DNA of 64,000 nucleotides from Eledone cirrhosa (GCA_964016885.1 OZ024742.1:214520001-214584000); one strand, 5' to 3'; positions 14,310-28,459 are shown, numbered from the stretch's first letter. A program made the numbers and translations. The notes: generated from the letters alone by a model not told the origin.

Positions 14310-16150
14310 TTACCTTACTTCTCGTGGAGGAAGGACGGTTTCTCCATCCTTTTCACTGCTTGTGGCCTCCTCAGGAAGGGTGTCCTTATAAATCCTCCTG
14401 GAGAGTGCTTGTAGGAAGTCTCCGATGTTTTGGGGGAATTTTTGTTTTAGTGTCATGTACGTTTTCTGTATGATGCGAGTGATTTGTATGTGTGGAGGTG
14501 GTGTGCACTTTTGGGTTGTTGTGTAGTCTTTTTCTGTGATGCTGGTGTGGTGTTGGATGTAGTGTAATAATTGGTTGTTGTTCAAATTTAATGCTGTGTA
14601 GTGTGTATCGTTTTGGTTGTTTTGTTTTGTTTGTGTTTGTTGTGGGTTTGTTTCTGTTTCGCTTTTTGTTCACTTTTGTGGTGTAGGTGATGGTGGTGTT
14701 GGGGTTAATAATGGTGTTGCTGATGCTGGTGTTGATGGTGGTATATCTGTCCTAACTTTTTTGTTTGATAGTTTATTTGTTTCCATCTGTATTTTGTTTT
14801 TGGAGTGGGAAGGAAGAGAATTTTTTCTTTTTTGGTTTCTTTTTTACTTTTTTCCTGATACCGTTTCCCACTCCTCGTCGTCACAATGTCTCCAGTTGTG
14901 ATAGGCCGGGGAGTGGAAAATCCTCCACAGGCGTTAGTTTTGTTTGTGGCGTGGTGGATGGTGTAGGCGCTGGTGCTAGTTCTGGCGCGGTGGGTGGTGG
15001 TGGTGTTGGTTTTGCTACTGTTGTTGGGGTTGTTGCTGCTACAGTTGTTGCTGCCATCACTGCTGCTGGTAGTGTTGATGGTTGAGTCACTGGGGTGGGT
15101 AGGAGAGGTGGCCTCAACCTTTTAGCCTGAGGGCAGAAAGTCCTTGGGTGGGTTCCTTCACCACAAACGACAGACCTAGGCCTTCTGCCCTCGACAATTA
15201 CGGTGAGGTGGCTGCCGTCAGTGAGGTCTATTACCTCTGGGATCTCCTCAATGCTTTTTTGGTCCGCTTGGATCAGGAGCTCCATCCCAGATCCGGACCA
15301 GTTCTCCTGCTTTTCTTTCGCTATTTCGATTATCTTGGTGTTGGCTTCGATGCCGGCGAGGACGGCAGCTATTAGCTAGGGAATGTCAATGGCCGGTGGA
15401 ACTGGTGACCCTGATCTTTAAGTCTCTGGGCACAATAGCTTGGGACGAGTGTGAAGTCGTCACTTCTTAATGGGGCCATGGAATGTTCTCTAGCTTCCTG
15501 TGGTGTTTCAAAGAACACGTCCACGGTTCCATACTTCTGCCCACGTCTGATGTGGGTTTTTTTTGCCCACACATGTCCCAAAGCATTTTGTATTTGGGAC
15601 TCGGATGCCCGTTCCACTCGGCGCGATTATATATTAATTGTTCGATAAGACACGGTGCATAGGTGAGGCTGACCCTGTACTCATCTTTCTTTACCATTTT
15701 GGGGCTTTTTCTAATTCCTCCTGAGTTACCTGAAATGCTTCGCATTGTTTTGCTACTCTGGCAAAACTCAGGGTGGTTTTCTTAATGTCATTGTTGCCGT
15801 TGTTATTTTGTTATTATTAATTTTAGTTTCTGTTGTGGTGGTGGTGGCGTCAGTGGTGTTCGGTGTGGAAGAGTTCATTTTGGTTAAATTCATTTCGATA
15901 TCACGAGTTAATTTATTTTTTTCTTTTGTTTCTGTTGTCGCGGTAGTGGTGGGGGTGGTGTTTGTCGCGGTGGTGGTGGGTCTGGTTGTTGTCGCGGTAG
16001 TGGTGGTGGTGGGGCTGGTGGTTGTCGCGGTAGTGGTGGTGGTGGCGGCTTTAACACCTGCAGTCATTGGTAATGGCGGGAAATGAATGTCTGCCTGAGA
16101 CAAATTTAAAATATTGCTACTGCTTATATTTTTTTAGTGTTGGCAAACAT
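14310..16150 (-). pseudogene. Tx1/L1 ORF1 (RRM-like region + degenerate CCHC knuckle + Thr/Pro-rich stretches)
   Basis: KYGTVDVFFETPQEA; VEGRRPRSVVCGEGTHPRTFCP. Lies immediately upstream of ORF2. Confidence 0.65.
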
Positions 16151-16438
16151 AGTAATATTTACAATGGTGGTGTCGGTGTGAGGTGTTAGTTTGTGAGAAA
16201 GGAGTGACTCTGAGGCACCATGATGTTTCAAAGAAAAAACATTTTGTTTGATAATTATAAAAGTTTAAATTTTGGGCTCAAGGCCCCAATCTTTTTGGGT
16301 GTCCTTTTCAGATAACAATGTATGCGCACTTATATACAGTTAACAATAACATTTTTCCATGAATGGTAATTTTAAATAACTAAAAATAACAAACCTTTGC
16401 GGAGCTCACGATGATACGATTCACTACGTAGATCACCA

Positions 16439-16471
<33 letters not shown>

Positions 16472-16700
16472 ATGATGAATCTCAACGTTTTATTTTTGCT
16501 AATATCCTGAAATTACCTTTAATGAAATTGATTGGTAGTCAAATTACCAGGAATGAAATTAGCGGACTCAAAATACCGAGAGTGAAATTACCAGGAGTCA
16601 AACAACGGCTATCCTGTTATGCACCTTACTATTTAATTTATCTTCTCCTACTCCTACCTTTTTATATTTCTTCTATTTATTCTTTTATAATAATAATTGT

Positions 16701-16751
16701 AAAGAAGAAGAAGAAGAAGAAGAAGAAGAAGAAGAAGAAGAAGAAGAAGAA
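16701..16751. repeat. (AAG)n microsatellite
   Basis: Directly visible. Confidence 0.95.
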
Positions 16752-17094
16752 AATATTATATAAGTGAATAATGCAATTCATAAATATATGCATTGTATAA
16801 GAATTATAATAAGAGGATGTCAATCTCACGAATGGATTCAATTATCTAACGATGTCTGTTTATCGCTATAAAGTATTAATACTAAATAGCAATAAATGAA
16901 AGTTACAAATATCCACTCTACACTTTTGCTAATGGACGTCTATATATTTAGTGGTTATACTGATTACCCTGAAGTATATTATAGGAAGCATTAATTACTG
17001 ATTGTTGACATTGAAAATAATGGCTGGCGGTTAAGAGAAGAAATAATTAATACAGATTTTTTTAAATGAATAATAGCAATATCTAGTGTACAAT

Positions 17095-17597
17095 AATTGC
17101 TTCTACCTTGGCATAAGGCCAGCAATTATCCCAGTGCATTACTGGTGCTTTATTTTTTCTACCCCGCAAGATGGAAAGGCAAAGTTAACCTCGGTGGGAT
17201 TTGAACTAGTGTGTAATAATTGTTTCAACTTTTGGCACAAGGCCAGCAATTATTAAAGTGCATTACTGATACTTTATGTTATCAACCCCGTAAGGATGAA
17301 AGGCAATGCTAACCTCGGCGGGATTGAACTCAGACCGTAAAGGGCCGTAAATCTATGCTGCAAAGCATGGCGTCCAACCCCCTTCTGATATTGCCAATCC
17401 CCCGCCCTAGTGTATAATAATTGTTTCTATTTTGGGCACAAGGCCAGCAATTACCCAGTGCATTACTGGTACTTTATTTTATCGACCCCGTAAGGATGAA
17501 AGGCAAAGTTAACCTTGGTGAGAACACAGACTGTAAATGGGCGTAACTCTATGCTTCATAGCATGGCGTCCGACCTTCTGCCGATATTACCAATCCA
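17095..17597 (-). mobile_element. Three tandem copies (one truncated) of a tRNA-derived SINE
   Basis: Each unit matches the SINE at 20658-20845 (ggcacaaggccagcaatt...gatgaaaggcaaagt.aacctcgg). Confidence 0.85.
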
Positions 17598-20500
17598 TGC
17601 TCATCAGTTGCGTATGTTTATCTTTTGATACAGTGAAAGTGGAATGAATGCTTGTTCCCGCGAATGGTATTTATTTTACAAAATCTGTGTTGATCTGAGT
17701 TCTAATGATGTTAATTTGATGTCCACGGTGAATATATGAATTAATTAAAGAACGGCTGAGTATAAATAATGAGTGAATGTTGATGAACGAATGAGTGAAA
17801 GGAATATGATGTCGCATTCATGTACGCCTCCATGACATTGCAAACATCCAACTGGGAATTAACTATGATGGGTGAGGAATCTATTAATTATTGTAAACCG
17901 CAAAAATGCAATAGCTTCTAAACTTGCAAACGGATAATACGTATATCTTACACTATTAATTACAAAACCTTTTTATTTTTGGGGCTCGCATAGTGAAATG
18001 TATGGAATGGAATATACGACAATTGTTTTCGACGATAAATGTTCCTTTCAATTGGTCAATTAACCCAGCAGCCTACTCGTGAAATTAATGTACAAGCGAT
18101 CAAGTATTCCAGCACCATGTCAATATAATTTCATACATAATATTCCAGTACATTCAACGTGACACAGTCTCTGAAAACATGGCTGAACCTCTAAATTGCA
18201 GTTGGTGTTCTTTCGATGAACTTATAGAGCATTTCGGTCAATGCAATGTTACTCATAAGGCTAAGATGGATAAGAAGCTAGGTTAAATAATATGATGCCA
18301 TGCAATAGTATGGAACCCTCTGACTCCAAAAGTGAAGCTAATCTATTAGATATTCGGGTTTTCTGTATCCAATCAGAGGTATCAAACAACATATTACCAA
18401 ACTATTCAAAACCATGATTAGGAAATGAAACTGTAATGCGCATGCACTCCCAACTCCATAGGTAAAGTAGATTTCAACAAGAGTAAAAATAATCAGTTAC
18501 TTAATTACTTGATAGCTTACTATCATATATGTAACACTCGTCAGATCTTCCTAAAACTGCTGTGAGGCTTTTACATGATTAAAATTTGAAAATAAAAACA
18601 CAAAATACTGAAACAATATCACGAACATATTTTTATCGATCAGTAAATACTACTCAAAATCACTTATGTAAATGCGACCAAAAATGTGTGAATTACAAGT
18701 AATCTATAATACAATCCCGTTATTCCTTTTTAATTATCTTTTCAGACTACTCATTACTTGAAATAAACACTTCAAATTAATGATGATGAAATTTATATTT
18801 ATACAAACATGTTTAGATTATGATTAATTGAGCTTTTAGAAGCCTAGAAGAGTTATTAAAATTGCAACCTTCTCCATGTACTGAAACATAATTAAGATAA
18901 TGCAGGTGAATCAAATGGTGGTTTCTCCAAAACATTAGCATAATGTGTGTGCACGTGTATATATAATACTGCAGAGGCACATACTCATACATATTATGAC
19001 AAACATAGGCAAACACACACACACACATGCAGACAAAATAACGCATATATACGTGGAAGTATAAGGAACGAGAGAAATAGAAACAGAGAAGGGGACGAGA
19101 GAGGGGATCAGAGGGAGAGAGAGGTGACGAGAGATAGCCAGAGCGAGAGAGAGAGAGAGAGAGAGGGATGGGAGAGAGAGAGTGAGAGAGTGAGAGAGAA
19201 AGGGGAATGGAATAGTATTAACGAAAATTGGTTACAATAACAATTTTAACGAAAGCAGTCATTAAACATTCAGGTGGAAACTATTACCTCCATACACTAA
19301 TAAATGGCTTCAGTGAAGCTTCATCGAGGGAAATACTTTGATTAGAGAAATAATTAATTGCATTGTATTGTTCCTTTATGATCTGATATTGTTTGTCGTA
19401 AAGTTTGGTTTGCTATTCTTCTATACCAGAAGAATGACATAAGTAGGTATCGAATAATTAGGTCGATCTATTTGAATACTTAGATTGATGTGACCCATCC
19501 CCCAAATTTCAGAACAGGTGTATACGTTAAAGAACCCTATTTTTAGTTATTTGATTTACAGAAGATAGACCAAAACAGATACTTTCTATCGCTTTGGCAA
19601 GATTTGTTGTCCACAACTAAAACATAGTTTGCTTTGTATTCTTTCGTCAGTTGACTGTATACGTTATCAATCGAAAAGGGAATTAATAAAGTACTAACTC
19701 AATGGAATTGAAAATAATCAATTCAGTCGACATAACCCCAATATACTCCAACTTTAAAATTGAGCCTTTAAATTTGAGGTTTTAGAATAATTGTATGAAT
19801 CGGATTCATCTCAGTCTTTACATGATCTTACAACAATTACAATATAATATTCAGTCAGTTTAATGTGGTATATATTTAATTATGCATTGCATAGACAAAC
19901 ATTTTTGAACCTTTATCAGATCTTAGAGATAGCATTCTCTCTTCCGATTGCGTATTTCATTAAAACATTGTTATTGTTATGGTTTAATGGCAAGACCGAT
20001 CTTTCATTGTCGGATGTTTTCAAAGCGAACGGTAGACGCGTGAAAAAGCAAAATAGTTGGTATTTAAATAGGTCACAACTAATCTCAAATTTCTATGGAT
20101 CAGCGGCAAGGATATATCTACAATGTTGGCTCTACTAGTTCATAGTAACACAATATTACTCCAAATCAGTTCCTTAACTTCAACCAATTATCTACCTAAG
20201 AGGCAAATGAAGTTATTATAGTAGAGTACCTACTATAAGAATGAATAATTATATAAAATATGTTTCTATCTTCTATATAATTATACGGTGTTAACAGTAT
20301 ATTGCTTATGTTGTTATTGTTATTCTCTGTGTACAGTGTATATGATTCCACTAAAGTATACATATCTACACTCCATAAAAGCACAATAATACACACAGAC
20401 GTGTCTATACATACACTCAATGATGAAAGCGACTAGCAGATAATTTCGGCGAATGACTAAAACCTAAAAATTGTGTGCGTGTGCATTTGTAATACAGAAT

Positions 20501-20657
20501 TATTTCATGTAGTTTTTTAAGCATCCGAAACTAAAAAGGCATTTATTAGATAGCTGACGAGTGGGGATTCTTAGTATACTTTAGTGGAATCATGTGTTCA
20601 TACCCTCAACGGCTTCCATCATTATCTGTCCCACCTGATAATTTTAGATATATATAT

Positions 20658-20845
20658 AATTGTTTCTACTTTAGGCACAAGGCCAGCAATTACCCAGTGC
20701 ATTACTGGTACTTTATTTTATCGACCCAGTAAGGATGAAAGGCAAAGTCAACCTCGGCGGGATTTGAATTCAGATCGTAAAGGGACGTAACTATGCTGGA
20801 AAGCATGGCGTCCGACCCTCTACCGATACTGCCAATCCACCGCCC
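20658..20845 (-). mobile_element. tRNA-derived SINE with target-site duplication
   Basis: Reverse complement of 38719-38903. Flanked by the direct repeat attttagatatatata(ta)at. Confidence 0.9.
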
Positions 20846-21476
20846 TATTTTAGATATATATAATCAAGGTAAATAACACAGCATATTTTTGAAACTGAAT
20901 CTATTGCTTAAGACTAGTGATGTGATTCACTCACTCACCTGCCTCTCTGTCTGTCCGTCTGCCTCTCTCCCTCTCTCTCACTCTCTCTCTCATTCTTTCT
21001 GCTTTCTTTGTCTTGCAATCAGTACCTGTTTTGGCACAACATTCGTATCATGTTAATTGGGTAACTTGACGCTCGATGTGTTTTATTAATGTAGGTTTTT
21101 TTCTGTGTTATTTATTACTATTAGTTCCAGGGCTATTGCTAAAGCTAATTCGTAATTACCTTTTTAATTAATAAAATATAATTTCCGACATTTATGTGTT
21201 CCGTATCGGCACGAACATCTTTCTAGTAGTTTCCATGCCCAACGAATCAAAAAGGCCCGATCTGGACCGTTGATATTTCCTCATTATTTGTTGCGTTTAC
21301 ATTTCGAGTAACAATGTTTCTCTAAAGACTATTGTTGCAGTGGTAGTGTTGAGCTGCCTTTTAAATATACGAAACTTATAGACACGTAGATATCTCTTGT
21401 GCGACTATTCACTATGTCACCATTTCTCAATGTTTTCTGTTTTATAAGATTGTAACAGGTGATAATATTGTAGAGT

Positions 21477-21554
<78 letters not shown>

Positions 21555-22250
21555 CACACACATAGCGTGTATAACGTGCATTTGGTGTATACGTTCATAT
21601 GTGTGCGGGTATATATGTCGTGCCTCGTATATGTACTTGTGTGCGGGTTTATGTGTATGTACATGTATATGTACGTACGGCATGCGTCTTCGCGTATGCA
21701 CGTGTACGTACGTATATAGATGTATGTAAGTAAATATATAATTGTATAAATCTTAAATATTATTACTTTTATGATTTTAATACCCTCTGTCGTTTTCCTT
21801 CAACAAGTTTAGTTACATTATTCTTAACTCCGAAGCTGAGAATCACTAGGTTTCCTAAATAGAATATTAGTCTAATGACTCCATTCATACCATAAACGAG
21901 GTTTTGTCTTTGCGTGTAATTGTTCTCCACGCCCCACATAACGGTGTATTATCTTCGCTATTTTCCGCTCTTGAACCAAAGTTTCGTCTTCCAGTTTTCC
22001 TTCGGTTGCAAAGTTTTTCGAAATATTTACTTCTGCCTTCCACAGATTGATTTTATTTTTAGCTTCATAAGATCCCGTTAAGGGTGAACGCAGCGATTCT
22101 TTGTTTAATCTTTAATCTGATGTTTTAATACATATATATATACACATATGCTACCGGTACCATGAGAAAGCAGCACCAAATTTCAGCTCGAAGCATATCA
22201 TTGAATTGAAACAACAGAAGTAAGCTTTATTTCTACTTCATGTTTTTCTA

Positions 22251-22318
22251 GCTCTCCGATGAGGTCGTAGCTGAGCTGTTTCGTTTCTTACGGTTACCAC
22301 CGAAATATATATAACAGC
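22251..22318 (+). ncRNA. Decayed type I hammerhead ribozyme
   Basis: gctct-ccgatga-ggtcgtagc...gttaccacc-gaaa-tatatata-acagc. One core and one stem I mismatch relative to the intact relative at 43976-44050. Confidence 0.55.
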
Positions 22319-22549
22319 GACTATGTTTAAATTAAGTTAATTGTAACATGTTGCCTTATAATGATGGAATCAGTTTGAAACTGGCTAGACCACAACTCAA
22401 CAGAGTACTTGATACTTGGAGTAGTAGAATATGGTTATATTATAAAGACTTATTGTTCTAGTCCTAGTCTGAAGGAGCTGCTGAAACGGCAAGAGCTGAG
22501 TCATCGTTATGACAGTTATATATGTATACACACACGCACACATACACAT

Positions 22550-22758
<209 letters not shown>

Positions 22759-23190
22759 TATATGTATATACATCGTTTCTAAGGCATTTTAAAAGCTGGG
22801 GAGAGCGTCTCCCGCTCTAGGTCTGAATACAGTAGATTTTTTTCCAGAGAAGGATAGAGTGTGCTAAACAGAAAGATAGTGAGAAAGAGACATAGATGAA
22901 GAATCAACGCTAGTACTTTACATATATATATTAAGAGGGGGATGGCTGATTGAGGACGGTTTTCGAGTGTTATAACCGCTAACATACTAGTCGATACACC
23001 AATCTCGATCGATTAATCGACCACCTGGAACGATCGTAAAACAATGAAATAAATGTCTACCTACACCAGACTTCTCTTTTTGTTTTTCTATACACAAATA
23101 CACACAACCACACGCACACACGCACACACACACATACACCACAAACACACACAAACACGCATATATATACCTATATATATATATATATAT

Positions 23191-23361
23191 ATAACGAAGG
23201 AAATGTGGTAAGGAACCAGATGGACCATAACGCACCAAAGTACTCAATACTTAGGGTAGTAGAGTGGGTAATAGGAACAAGTAAGACCCCGACGGCAGAG
23301 CTCAAGCCGTTTCGACGACTAATTCTGAACTTGAGCTCTGCCGCCGGGGTCTTACTTGTTC
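23191..23361 (-). mobile_element. Short PLE 3' end with inverted arm (same family as 27849-28040)
   Basis: Inverted repeat 23276-23306/23330-23361. The minus strand holds the 3' half of an HHR (gaaac ggcttgagctctgcc gtc). Flanked by (TA)n. Confidence 0.75.
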
Positions 23362-23793
23362 ATATATATATATATGTGTGTGTGTGTTTGTGTGTTGTAT
23401 GTATGCTTTGTTTGCAGTGACTGTAAGCAGTAAATTTATATTAAATTTAAATAAAATTCAAAGAAGAGTGATGGACAGCCCTGTTTCTCGCTCGTTCTTG
23501 CCGAGAATATGTAAGTGACATAGTCCCTACTTTAAAGATTATAGGGAATGGTTTTCACAATACTTTTAATTTAACATACAGTATACTATATATTCATATA
23601 TGTATAGTATACACATATAATATATGTAGAAGTTATATTTAATTTATTGGGATACAACAAGCAAATATTTTTATAACTGATATAACTGATATAAAACACT
23701 CAACACATTTTTGACTATCCGGGAGCTTCCAACAGGCATGGTCGTATCTTTTAAGGGTATGTCAATATTTGTTTATAAAACTGATCTATAAGA

Positions 23794-23858
23794 TGTTTTA
23801 TCTGATGAAAGCGCACCATAATTTGCTTTGGTGTCCTTGAAATATGTATAATGAAATA
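23794..23858 (+). ncRNA. Type I hammerhead ribozyme
   Basis: Stem I tgttttat/atgaaata; core ctgatga; stem II aagcgcacca/tggtgtcctt; gaaa; stem III atatgtat; AUA cleavage triplet. About 35 nt upstream of (TA)n. Confidence 0.8.
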
Positions 23859-23913
23859 AATATGGTTTTATAAATATAGTTTCCATTTATTAATATATAT
23901 ATATATATATATA

Positions 23914-24181
23914 AATGATGTAGATATCTCCCAGTAGGTACTAGGTACCCACGGAAATATATATGGTGTCTATAATAGTGGTTGTTCTATGGTACTAATT
24001 TGAGATACCAGAACTGTAAATATGAGCGGAACAATGAAACATTAAACAATCTTTCAAATAAATTAAAATACGATTTAAATATTTACCTCTTCTAGTTCCA
24101 TGACCGACGGTTTCGCTTATCAAAAGATTGGAAATTCAGAGAATTTCCAATGGAAAGATTGTTTAATGTTTACTTGTACCG

Positions 24182-24188
<7 letters not shown>
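23914..24188 (-). mobile_element. Short PLE 3' end with inverted arm and half-HHR
   Basis: Inverted repeat 24020-24055/24153-24188. Minus strand reads ...gataagc gaaac cgtcg gtc. (TA)n on both sides. Confidence 0.65.
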
Positions 24189-24219
<31 letters not shown>

Positions 24220-24331
24220 GAGAAGAAAGAATACTGCCTGGTTGCACATGGGTTACATATGAGAAAAATAGTCCTTCATCAGTGATTTTCTAACCTTCAT
24301 TGGTATTTCATCGCTTTAAAAATCATATACC

Positions 24332-24372
<41 letters not shown>

Positions 24373-25299
24373 TATATATGTGTGTGTGTGTGTCTGAGGG
24401 TAGCTATGATGCCTCCATAGGCGGTATGCCGGTTGAGCACTCTATGTTCTTACAGCGCAGAGTATGCTATAATATGAAACGAAAAATCAGTGATGCATCT
24501 AAACTCAATTCATTGTGTGTTACAATTATTTCGCCGGCTGACACCTAGAGACGTGATCATTGTGTGGATCTGTCTTATTTTGGACCCGCAGTTTCGACGG
24601 ACACGTCAAATGATTTCGGAACATATTCTCTCACTAGGATATCTGACCCTCTGGTCCTGTACCGTCAAAAACTACAACCTCATCGCGCGTCCTGTGATTG
24701 GCCGCAGGTTGTCTACGTCATCATAATTCTGACCACAGGTACGAGTCCGCTGACCATCTGGGAGTTAGCTGTCCCATGTCTGCTACACTTCAATAAATTA
24801 CTGCTGTGTTTGGTAGTTCACACATCCACGCGCGCACTCACACACACAATATCACGTAGATAACGACAGTCGTACGCATAGACTCCCGATATGCCCACAC
24901 ATTTAAGGAGGAGAACATATAAACAAACATACGCATACATGCATCCAGAGAGGCACGTACATACACAGACACATGCCGACATGCCTATATACATCAACAC
25001 ACACACGCATGCGCATACACATGGCACATGGATACGCGTATATATAACCGTACACACAAACACGTACAGACATATACACAGACCCCCACCCCTAACCCCA
25101 ACATACACACACATACACACACGTACTCACATACATGTATACACGCACAGATACACACTCGCTCGCAAACACACACACATATATATACACACAAACAAGC
25201 CCTTTCCCTACAGGTGTGCTTGTACACACACCCACGCTGGGTCATATACACTCTTACAAATATGCGTATATTCACATACATAAGCACGCACGCATACAA

Positions 25300-26739
25300 A
25301 CAAAAATATATATATATATATACATAAATAGAATACACACACAAAGTCATATAAAGATACACAATGCGTCATACATGAAGGGATGCATCTTGTTATAAAT
25401 ATGTACATATATAAAAAATACATACATACACACATATATATATATATATACATATACGTATATAAATATATATAAAAAAAGTATAAAGACGATACAATCC
25501 AACGAAATACGATACAATCCAACGCCAAGCGGGAATAAGTGGCGGAGGGGAGACCACCGTGTCGGCAGAACAACACCCAGAGAATCGGGAGAGAGCCGTG
25601 GCAGATCAAGGGCCAGGCGTCCGAAATGAACAATATAACGACAGAACGTGTAACTGCAGAGCGAGCACACGGTGCCCCCTGCAGTGAAGATGCCTATCGA
25701 AGGGCCTCGTTTATAAATGTGTGGTTAGCACGTACAATATAAAGCGCACCTACATCGGCGCAACATCCACGACCTTTAAATCGTGGATGTATAACCACAG
25801 AAACTCTTTCAAGGACCGGAGCAAGAAGCAATCTAATAGGCTAGTGGACCTGGTGTGGGACTTGAAAGACAAAGGTACCCCGTATGCCCTTCACGGGAGT
25901 ATCGTTCGGCACGCGAATGCATATTCAGCTGCAAATAGAAAGTGTAGGCTATGCCTATCCGAGGCCATGGAGATAGTCAGACTGAAGGATGATGCGGTCA
26001 ACCTGAAATCGGATATAATCATGATGTGCACACTCTCTGCATGGAATCCACCGGGCACCCTAAGCTAAAGGCATGCGGCGGAGCGCACGCCGACCAGAGC
26101 GGCGGAACGGGTTCAAGAGTTCAGACACCATACCTTGTTGACTATATATGCCCCGTGGGGTAAGCCGAAATAGCCCAGGATGCCTACCCGACTCTGCACG
26201 TCACCCTAGGCAAGAATTTCGCCTGAGCCGGGATAGGTTGACCCGGATTCCATTGATATTCAGTCAAATACCTTACATCAATAAGACACTATACCTCAAC
26301 CACAGTGACATACTCCAGTATGGCCGGTCCACGTACCCTGCATGTGTATCTTTTCAGTAGAGAGTGCATACTCTCCACGTATTCCATTCTGTAACACCTA
26401 ATGTATTTTCCGTATACAGACCCACGTGTGTATTTCATACTTCTCTTGTGTATTATCTGATGTGCATACACGTTCCTTCATTTTGTATATATATTCTGCA
26501 TGCATTTTCTATGTACGGTCTGCGCATACTATTTACTGTAATACCATGAACGCCCATTATGTGGCTTTGCGTGAAGATTCCATAAGTGGATTGATCCATG
26601 TTCGCAACGTAACAACATCTATGTAAACACATATAACTGGGCGCACCATTTCATGTATAGCCCACTGTGTATCTCTATGTGCCGTTATATGTATATTTTT
26701 AATATATTATATACATTTTTATATATATGTATATACGTA

Positions 26740-26800
<61 letters not shown>

Positions 26801-26910
26801 ATTTTTTATATATGTACATATTTATAACACGATGCATCCTTTCAAGTATGACCCATTGTGTATCTTTATATGACTTTGTGTGTATATTCTATTTATGTAT
26901 ATATCTCTTT
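25300..26910 (+). mobile_element. 5'-truncated Naiad-type PLE (GIY-YIG domain) with inverted terminal arms
   Basis: CNCRASTRCPLQ*RCLSKGLVYKC...TYIGATSTTFK...NHRNSF...LVWDLK...CRLCLSE at about 25649-26068. Inverted repeat about 25320-25480/26700-26905. Confidence 0.85.
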
Positions 26911-26969
26911 TTTTAATGCGGTGCAATATGACCCTCCCCAAGTATAACAATATATATATATATATAATT

Positions 26970-27179
26970 TAATATAATAAAGAGAGATAAACACGGCTAT
27001 AGACATATAAGGGACCTACATCGCTTTTTAGGGCCCTTATAATTTGAACGCATATATGGACACATCTGTGTTAATCTCTGTTTATTATACTCAATTATAT
27101 TATAAGGATCGGAAAATGTTTTTGCTTGGATTATTTTAATTATAAAGGACTATTGTGAGTTTCTAACTCAATATAAATG

Positions 27180-27180
<1 letters not shown>
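26970..27180 (+). mobile_element. 3' tail fragment of the element family at 56214-56663
   Basis: Shares cccttat.atttgaac.catatatg...tcggaaaa...actatt.tgagtttctaactcaatata and ends in (TA)n. Confidence 0.6.
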
Positions 27181-27217
<37 letters not shown>

Positions 27218-27223
<6 letters not shown>

Positions 27224-27687
27224 ATAGTTGGGGAGGGTCATATTGTTGTAATAATATTGCCAGAATTAATAACAGAACATACTCACTGTTTGGTTGGTTT
27301 TCGCTTCTGTGTCTTTTATATCAGTTAATTTATTCGGTCCTCAATGTTTACCATTGACTGACCAACGGTCAAAAATACAGATATAATATAGATATAAACA
27401 CATATATATAGGCTAACAAAGTTCTTTCTGCAACGAAAGAACTTTGTTAGATTATATGTGTTTATATCTATATTATATCATTATTTTTGACCGTCGGTCA
27501 CTCAATGGTAAACATTGAGGACCGAATAAATTAACTGATATAAAAGACACAGAAGCGAAAACCAACCAAACAGTGAGTATGTTCTGTTATTAATTCTGGC
27601 AATATTATTACAACAATATGACCCTCCTCAAGTATAACGATATTTGTTTCGACACACGATTTCATATAAAAACCTCGCAAAACAAAT
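27218..27687 (+). mobile_element. Hairpin-shaped PLE remnant (arms of about 210 bp + 3' tail)
   Basis: Near-perfect inverted repeat 27218-27428/27435-27641 around tgcaac. Same family as 61770-62008. In (TA)n. Confidence 0.85.
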
Positions 27688-27698
27688 ATATTTATATA

Positions 27699-27809
<111 letters not shown>

Positions 27810-27848
27810 GTATATATGGCTTGAGCTTATATATATATATATATATAA

Positions 27849-28040
27849 GAACGAGTAGGAACCCGACGGCTGAGTTCAAGCCGTTACGAGGGCTAATTCT
27901 GTCCAGAATTAGCCGTCGAAACGGATTGAGCTCAGCCGTCGGGGTCCCACTCGTTCCTATTACCCACTCTACTACTCTAAGTATTGAGTACTTTGGTGCG
28001 TTATGGTCCACCTGGTTCCTTACCACATTTCCTTCGTTAT
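27849..28040 (+). mobile_element. Hairpin-shaped PLE remnant with half-HHR
   Basis: Arms 27849-27901/27904-27956; gaaac ggattgagctcagcc gtc; tail shared with 23191-23275. Confidence 0.8.
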
Positions 28041-28048
28041 ATATATAT

Positions 28049-28459
28049 ATTGTTATACTTTGGGAGGGTCATGTTGCCAATAAGAAACACACGCACCAGA
28101 TGATTTCACTCCAATTTATTATAATAAATTTATAAATTTAGGAATTTATAAATATCCGGTTGGTTGGTTGGTTGGTTCCACAAGCAGATGATTGTTTATA
28201 TATTGTCAAAGTTCTTTCGAATGAACTGTTACGAAAGAACTTTGACAATATATATATTGTCAAAGTTCTTTCGTCTGGTTGTGGAACCAACCAACCGGAA
28301 ATTTATAAATTCTTAAATTTATAAATTTATTATAATAAATTGAAGTGAAAGCAACTGGTTCGTGTGTTTCTTATTGGCAACATGACCGTCCCAAAGTATA
28401 ACAATATCGGTTTCAACACACGTTTTCAGATAAAGAATCTTGCTAAACAAAATCAGAAA

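Larger units (their letters stand above)
11116..16437 (-). mobile_element. Near full-length decayed L1/Tx1-clade LINE inserted in (ATT)n
   Basis: ORF1 remnants plus ORF2 (APE, RT, Cys-rich region). AATAAA lies just before the 3' end. (AAT)n flanks at 11071-11115 and 16438-16470. Confidence 0.9.

Noticed and set aside
24561-24824. Possible solo LTR (TGTGTG...AATAAA...CACACA)
   Set aside because: No TSD and no second copy in the window.
25685-25687. In-frame TGA in the Naiad zinc-finger region as selenocysteine (reported for some Naiads)
   Set aside because: It aligns with the Gly of CPLxGxC, not a Cys. The Cys positions I checked in the GIY-YIG copies use TGY. Likely a GGA>TGA mutation.
26565-26608. 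HHR-like remnant (ttgc gtgaaga...gcaa) in the 25.3-26.9 kb PLE
   Set aside because: Both core segments are mutated; too degenerate to call.
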